Origin: a virus | Taxonomy: Duplodnaviria; Heunggongvirae; Uroviricota; Caudoviricetes | Reading direction: 5' to 3' (one strand) | DNA: 42,778 nucleotides | Virus record (IMG/VR): IMGVR_UViG_2541047878_000002 | Location: 1-42,778 of that record | Part shown: piece by piece, positions 37,763 to 42,778 of the stretch | How positions within the stretch are numbered: position 1 is the stretch's first letter | Layout: every line of letters begins with the position of its first letter | Program-made: the position numbers and the translations under genes | Notes under the pieces: generated by a model | Told to the model about the DNA's origin: nothing | The model's database searches: none | Seen by the model: the letters and a program-made list of their open reading frames with translations, nothing else

Positions 37763-40468
37763 ATGACAGACATTACAGCCAATGTTGTAGTGAGCATGCC
37801 TTCGCAACTCTTCACTATGGCGCGTTCTTTTAAAGCCGTAGCTAATGGCAAAATTTATATCGGTAAAATTGACACTGACCCGGTAAATCCTGATAACCAG
37901 ATTCAGGTCTATGTTGGGAACGAAGATGGTTCTCACGTTCCTGTTGCACAGCCAATCGTCATCAATGCCGCTGGGTATCCAGTATATAACGGACAGATTG
38001 CCAAATTCGTAACCGTGCAAGGCCATTCTATGGCTGTTTACGATGCTTATGGCACTCAGCAGTTTTATTTCCCAAATGTATTAAAATACGATCCAGATCA
38101 GTTTGGCCCAGACTTCAAAGAGCAGTTATCTCAATCAGGAGCATACATTAATGATGATTCAAAAGGTGATGCATTAATTGGGGTAAGGCAGCCATTTACC
38201 GGGGCTGTAACTATAACTCAGCATGAAAACAATGCTCTTTTCTTAAATGTAAAACAATTCGGAGCAATTGGGGATGGGAAATATCATCCATTATCTGAGA
38301 GGTTTTCTTCAATTTCTGAAGCAAAATCCTTATATCCTTTTGTTGACTCATTATCTCAGTCAATAGACTGGGCCGCGTGGCAAGCTGCCCTTAACACAGG
38401 AAAGGTTATTTATGGTACTGATAATGCGTATGTAATAACGGATACGTTAACACCTGTTTCTGGTGGTGGGATAATTGGTCTTGGTGTGGGCAAATGGGTC
38501 TCCGGATATACTGCAACATTTGCTCCTGATATTACCACAGGGACCACATTCCTGATGTACGGGGTAGGAAATAAAAAATATACTGTAGATTGTGTTTCTA
38601 ATATGGATGTTAGTGGTGGTGTGGTTTCTAATCCATCTTCCGAAGACCCGTATACAACAACAGCACCTGCGTCATCATATGATTTATTGGATTTTACTAA
38701 CGGTGATGCTAATGGGACTACAAGAGCCACGCTTAAACCATTCTCTGCCGCAATATTGATGCCTGAGACAGGATGTGTTCGCCTTGAGAACTTTCGTGTT
38801 GTTCCATATTTCAATGGGCTGGATGGTTATAAAGACATTGCAAATACCGGTCTTGGCGATGAGTGGGATGTAGGTATTTGGTCACGTGCGTCTTTTGGCA
38901 ATGAATACCGCAATTTGCAGGTGGTTGGATACTGGCGCAAGACGGCACTTTTAAAAACGAACATTCCTGTATCTGGCACGCTGGCTGCTCAGGGCGAGGA
39001 TGAAAACTATTATCACTGTAGATTCCAGGGATTCAAGGGTGTTTCGATCCGCGCCAATGATGTATTCCGAATTACAGCGGTAACGTCCAGCACTATCGAA
39101 ATCCCATGGTCAGCAAGCCACACCTTCGAAACGTCCGGAGTTTTAAGATCTGGAGGCAGGAATTTCACTTATTCAGGATTATCCGTATCCGGTGATAAGT
39201 TAGTATTTACTGGAGTGTCTAACGCTTCTGAGGCAACAGTAGGTTCTACTATACGGCGAAATGACATAGATAACTTTGGTATGGCGGGAACGCAATTTTT
39301 CGATTGCTACATTACCAGCCTGTATCACCACACACATCTGCTTGCCACATCGCAATACCTGTCTCAACCATTCAGCCGACCATCAGAGTGTATGGAGGTT
39401 TCAGGGGAACCAGTTCGCGGTGTACAGGTACATGCAGGAACCATTCAGGGATGGGATGATGTTCTTATTCATCTGCATGACTGTGGAAATATGAACTTTT
39501 ACAGTACATATTTCGAAAGCCAGCAAGCATATGTAACTATAAATGGTGGTAATGCTATTGGTTATGGAGCACGTATGATAGCTTCCCGGCAATCAACAAG
39601 CTCATTACCATATGCAGCAGGGAATACACGAGTGCTTAGAATGGTCGGGTGCTCTGAAGGCAATGGCGTTGACTGGGGTCCTGTATTTAACAACTATACA
39701 GGAGGAAGATATAATTCTGGAGACGGTGTATTTAACCCCCGCGATGCATTTATAGACCATAAATCTCTTCCTGAGCAGTCAGGAGGTGAGTCAAGACTCG
39801 TATCACAAAAAGGAAATGCCAGAGTAGTATGTGGTGTTGGTAAAACTGTACTGCTTGGACCAACGTCAGGAGATTGTAATTTACAGAGTAATACCGGAAG
39901 TTTAAATATTAGAAGTGGGATAAGAGTAAGAGTCGGTCACGCTGATGGAACAGACTGGTGGTTGGCAGATGCTAATAAAATAGCTCCTGTTGATGATAAT
40001 GTTAAAGCTATTGGACAGCCATCAAACAGATGCTCTGTTATCTATGCAGGAACCGGGTCAATCAATACATCAGATGAAACTCTTAAAACAAGATATGATA
40101 TTATTAATGCAGAGCGTGATGCCGCTATTGAAATAAAGTCAGTCATCTATAAATTTAAATTTAATGACTCAATTAATCACAAAGGAATTGAGTCGTCCAG
40201 GTATCATTTTGGCGTTGGCGCTCAAACCGTAGGGGATATTCTTAGAAAGCATGGTTTAAATCCTGAGCAATATGCTTTTTGGTGTTACGATGAATGGCCT
40301 GACGTATGGGATGAAGAGGTGATAACTGAAGAGAGCACAGATCCTGATACAGGTGAGAAAATTTATTCTCAATATAAAACAGGAGATATGATTCTTGTAA
40401 AAAAAGCAGGAGGACGCTACGGAATTCGTTATGACGAATTGGCTATGTTTATATTAATGGCAATGTAG
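37763..40468 (+). CDS. Tailspike: P22 gp9-type head-binding N-domain + divergent receptor-binding domain + C-terminal intramolecular-chaperone-like domain
   Basis: 901 aa; residues ~1-115 match recalled P22 gp9 ([11 protein letters not shown]…[22 protein letters not shown]…); AT-rich distal part; C-terminus carries …NTS|[10 protein letters not shown]… (S770/D771). Confidence 0.85.
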   Translation: MTDITANVVVSMPSQLFTMARSFKAVANGKIYIGKIDTDPVNPDNQIQVYVGNEDGSHVPVAQPIVINAAGYPVYNGQIAKFVTVQGHSMAVYDAYGTQQFYFPNVLKYDPDQFGPDFKEQLSQSGAYINDDSKGDALIGVRQPFTGAVTITQHENNALFLNVKQFGAIGDGKYHPLSERFSSISEAKSLYPFVDSLSQSIDWAAWQAALNTGKVIYGTDNAYVITDTLTPVSGGGIIGLGVGKWVSGYTATFAPDITTGTTFLMYGVGNKKYTVDCVSNMDVSGGVVSNPSSEDPYTTTAPASSYDLLDFTNGDANGTTRATLKPFSAAILMPETGCVRLENFRVVPYFNGLDGYKDIANTGLGDEWDVGIWSRASFGNEYRNLQVVGYWRKTALLKTNIPVSGTLAAQGEDENYYHCRFQGFKGVSIRANDVFRITAVTSSTIEIPWSASHTFETSGVLRSGGRNFTYSGLSVSGDKLVFTGVSNASEATVGSTIRRNDIDNFGMAGTQFFDCYITSLYHHTHLLATSQYLSQPFSRPSECMEVSGEPVRGVQVHAGTIQGWDDVLIHLHDCGNMNFYSTYFESQQAYVTINGGNAIGYGARMIASRQSTSSLPYAAGNTRVLRMVGCSEGNGVDWGPVFNNYTGGRYNSGDGVFNPRDAFIDHKSLPEQSGGESRLVSQKGNARVVCGVGKTVLLGPTSGDCNLQSNTGSLNIRSGIRVRVGHADGTDWWLADANKIAPVDDNVKAIGQPSNRCSVIYAGTGSINTSDETLKTRYDIINAERDAAIEIKSVIYKFKFNDSINHKGIESSRYHFGVGAQTVGDILRKHGLNPEQYAFWCYDEWPDVWDEEVITEESTDPDTGEKIYSQYKTGDMILVKKAGGRYGIRYDELAMFILMAM

Positions 40469-40486
40469 TTGCAATAAATGCAGTAT

Positions 40487-40516
40487 ATCCCGCATAAAAA
40501 TGCGGGATTGTTTTTA
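40487..40516 (+). terminator. Intrinsic terminator after the tailspike
   Basis: atcccgca-taaaaa-tgcgggat hairpin followed by TGTTTTTA. Confidence 0.55.
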
Positions 40517-40775
40517 TCTGGTGTATTTATGAATTTTAAGTAAATTTTAGTATTGATTACTGCATCGCAGTTAAAGCCTCATTACCTATGAGGCAAAACT
40601 GAGACACACAAGGCTTTGCACTGGATTGCAAGGCTTTGTGCTATCTGAGATATAGCAATGTTGGTTGCTCCACCTTTTCATCAAGCCAGTCCGCCCACCA
40701 CTGCATCATTTCTCTGCGCTTATCGAGATACTGAGCATGGTTGTAAATTCAACTAACCCAGTGAGTTGACAAAAA

Positions 40776-40812
40776 ATTAGCGCAAGAAGAAAAAAAATCA
40801 CCTTGCGCTAAT
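40776..40812. promoter_or_regulatory. sib/tI-like hairpin of the lambda b-region (int retroregulator), separated from int in the prophage
   Basis: perfect 11-bp inverted repeat attagcgcaag…cttgcgctaat with 15-nt A-rich loop, ~150 bp left of the att core, matching recalled lambda sib-region sequence. Confidence 0.45.
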
Positions 40813-40957
40813 GCTCTGTTACAGGTCACTAATACCATCTAAGTAGTTGATTCATAGTGACTGCACATGCTGTGTTTTGCAGTATTATGTAGTCTATTAT
40901 TTAGACCAAAACCATCATAACACATTGATATTGATGATTTTTCTTGTTTCTCATTCA

Positions 40958-40972
40958 GCTTTTTTATACTAA
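40958..40972. repeat. attR core (GCTTTTTTATACTAA) preceded by lambda-like P arm
   Basis: identical to attL core; upstream 40815-40957 matches the recalled lambda P arm (tctgttacaggtcactaataccatctaagtagttgattcatagtgactgca…); downstream acttgagcg is the host B' arm. Confidence 0.9.
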
Positions 40973-41062
40973 CTTGAGCGAAACGGGAAGGTAAAAAGAC
41001 AAAAAGTTGTTTTTAATACCTTTAAGTGATACCAGATGGCATTGCGCCATCTGGCAGAGTGA

Positions 41063-41539
41063 TTAACTAAACATCGCAGTAATCGAGGCACTCGCCAGAG
41101 AGTGAAAATGAACGTTAAACCCGACCATCGCGCCGCTGGCACCTTCATCGACATCAATACGTTCTACATCCAGCGCGTGAACGGTAAAAATGTAGCGATG
41201 GGTTTCGCCTTTCGGCGGCGCTGCGCCATCGTACCCGGTTTTACCAAAGTCGGTACGCGTCTGCAAAACGCCGTCTGGCATAGCTACCAGACCAGAGCCA
41301 AACCCTTGCGGTAATACGCGGGTATCAGCGGGTAAATTAACAACTACCCAGTGCCACCAGCCGGAGCCGGTTGGCGCATCCGGGTCATAGCAGGTGACAA
41401 CAAAACTTTTCGTTCCCACAGGAACATCATCCCACGCCAGATGCGGTGAAATATTATCGCCATCGTAACCCATGCCGTTAAAGACATGACGATGCGGCAG
41501 CTTATCGCCATCGCGCAGATCGTTACTGATGAGTTTCAT
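41063..41539 (-). CDS. ybhB: YbhB, PEBP/RKIP-family protein (host gene flanking attB)
   Basis: 158 aa MKLISNDLRDGDKLPHRHVF… PEBP-like; right of attR as in E. coli. Confidence 0.85.
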   Translation of the reverse strand: MKLISNDLRDGDKLPHRHVFNGMGYDGDNISPHLAWDDVPVGTKSFVVTCYDPDAPTGSGWWHWVVVNLPADTRVLPQGFGSGLVAMPDGVLQTRTDFGKTGYDGAAPPKGETHRYIFTVHALDVERIDVDEGASGAMVGFNVHFHSLASASITAMFS

Positions 41540-41647
41540 TAGAATGCCTCCGGGAAACCTCGGCCTTCAGACCGGGGAGGAAAGGAGGCGGTTTTCCGAC
41601 TAACTGTACTTTGCATAATCACATTTTCCTCTTTAGTATGTGAACAC

Positions 41648-42778
41648 ATGAAACGCGCATATAAATACCGGTTTTACCCGACAACTGAGCAGGCTGAGCT
41701 TTTAGCTCAGACGTTTGGCTGTGTGCGCTTCGTCTACAATTCCATCCTTCGTTGGCGTACCGATGCGTACTACGAGCGAAAAGAAAAGATCGGTTATCTA
41801 CAGGCCAACGCTCGCCTTACGGCGCTCAAAAAAGAGCCTGAATACATATGGCTGAATGATGTTTCCTGCGTTCCCCTCCAGCAGTCGTTGCGCCACCAAC
41901 AAGCCGCCTTTGCTAACTTCTTTGCCGGACGAGCTGCATATCCGGCTTTCAAAAGCAAACGGCACAAACAGGTGGCTGAGTTCACTGCCAGCGCGTTTAA
42001 ACACCGTGACGGCGAGTTGTATATAGCAAAGAGCAAGTCGCCGCTGGATGTTCGCTGGAGTCGAGAATTACCATCTGCGCCGTCAACCGTTACCATTTCC
42101 AGAGATAGCGCTGGCAGGTACTTTGTTTCCTGCCTGTGTGAGTTTGAACCTGTATCAATGCCTGTTACCGCTAAAACGGTCGGCATTGATGTGGGCTTAA
42201 AAGATTTATTCGTCACCGATACCGGATTCAAAACCGACAATCCCCGCCACACCGCTAAATATGCGAAGCGATTAACGCTGCTACAGCGACGTTTAAGCAG
42301 GAAGCAAAAAGGCTCAAGAAACCGTATTAAAGCCCGCTTAAAGGTCGCCCGACTCCACGCGAAAATCGCCGATTGCCGGATGGACAATCTGCACAAGTTG
42401 TCCCGCAAACTGATTAACGAAAACCAAGTTGTTTGCGTCGAATCCCTCAAGGTGAAAAACATGATCCGCAACCCGAAGCTGTCTAAAGCAATAGCTGACG
42501 CAGGCTGGAGCGAACTTGTTCGCCAGCTCCAGTACAAAGGCAAATGGGCCGGGCGGTCAGTGGTCGCCATTGACCAGTATTTACCGTCCTCAAAATGCTG
42601 TAGTTGCTGCGGTTTCACCATGCAAAAAATGCCTCTTAATGTTCGTAAATGGCACTGCCCTGAATGCGGCGCAGACCATGATCGCGACATTAACGCGGCA
42701 CGTAATATTAAAGCTGCCGGGCTGGCAGTGTTAGCCCACGGAGAGCCTGTAAACCCTGAATCGCAGCACGCGGCTTAG
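41648..42778 (+). CDS. tnpB: TnpB (IS200/IS605-family OrfB, RNA-guided endonuclease family), intact
   Basis: 376 aa with RuvC-I GIDVGL, RuvC-II VCVESLKVKNM, RuvC-III HDRDINAARNI and zinc finger CCSCCG…CPECG; stop codon is the last triplet of the window. Confidence 0.85.
   Translation: MKRAYKYRFYPTTEQAELLAQTFGCVRFVYNSILRWRTDAYYERKEKIGYLQANARLTALKKEPEYIWLNDVSCVPLQQSLRHQQAAFANFFAGRAAYPAFKSKRHKQVAEFTASAFKHRDGELYIAKSKSPLDVRWSRELPSAPSTVTISRDSAGRYFVSCLCEFEPVSMPVTAKTVGIDVGLKDLFVTDTGFKTDNPRHTAKYAKRLTLLQRRLSRKQKGSRNRIKARLKVARLHAKIADCRMDNLHKLSRKLINENQVVCVESLKVKNMIRNPKLSKAIADAGWSELVRQLQYKGKWAGRSVVAIDQYLPSSKCCSCCGFTMQKMPLNVRKWHCPECGADHDRDINAARNIKAAGLAVLAHGEPVNPESQHAA

Larger units (their letters stand above)
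1331..40972. mobile_element. Integrated mosaic lambdoid prophage (lambda-type integration module, P22-type immunity and podovirus structural genes)
   Basis: Bounded by identical 15-bp cores GCTTTTTTATACTAA at 1331-1345 and 40958-40972; int/xis at left end; gene order int-xis-early left-N-cI-cro-cII-O-helicase-nin-Q-lysis-terminase-portal-coat-tail-tailspike. Confidence 0.9.

Noticed and set aside
37631-38026. N-terminal extension of the second mnt ORF and the 134-aa minus ORF at 38410-38814
   Set aside because: Both lie antisense inside the tailspike gene.
41545-41600. Imperfect inverted repeat (gcctcc…ggaggc) followed by GGTTTT upstream of tnpB
   Set aside because: Could be a terminator, a REP-like element or the IS left-end hairpin; the structure is too irregular to call.
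1-42778. CRISPR arrays, reverse transcriptase/retron or DGR elements, rRNA, toxin gene cassettes
   Set aside because: No spaced direct-repeat array, no RT-like ORF and no rRNA-like sequence seen; repeats found are att cores, ori iterons, operators and coding coiled-coil repeats.

Overview
The window holds one complete, apparently intact lambdoid prophage (~39.6 kb, 1331..40972) inserted at the classical lambda attB between host genes ybhC (left) and ybhB (right), with an intact TnpB gene further right. The prophage is a mosaic: lambda-type int/xis/att/sib, a pL operon with RecT instead of Bet/Exo, P22-type immC (c2 repressor, cro) with lambda-type cII, an O/DnaB-helicase replication module with in-gene iterons, a nin region (NinB/E/F/H, RusA, Rha antirepressor), a Q-like antiterminator followed by two tRNA-like genes, a phage-21-type lysis cassette (pinholin, SAR endolysin, Rz/Rz1), and a P22-type podovirus morphogenesis block ending in a chimeric tailspike. 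No CRISPR array, reverse transcriptase or rRNA was found. The best candidates for undescribed biology are accessory cassettes: (1) an AT-rich, divergently transcribed Mnt-like RHH regulator plus 4-TM membrane protein at the P22 sieA/immI position, beside an immI-like switch with a second Mnt paralogue, an Arc-like protein and a Bro-N antirepressor; (2) two unassigned pL-operon ORFs (one strongly AT-rich) between N and cIII; (3) a small hydrophobic ORF in the N leader; (4) an extra acidic ORF between coat and gp4; (5) a 159-aa post-lysis ORF. All homology statements are from reading the translations and from memory of reference phage proteins; no database search was run.
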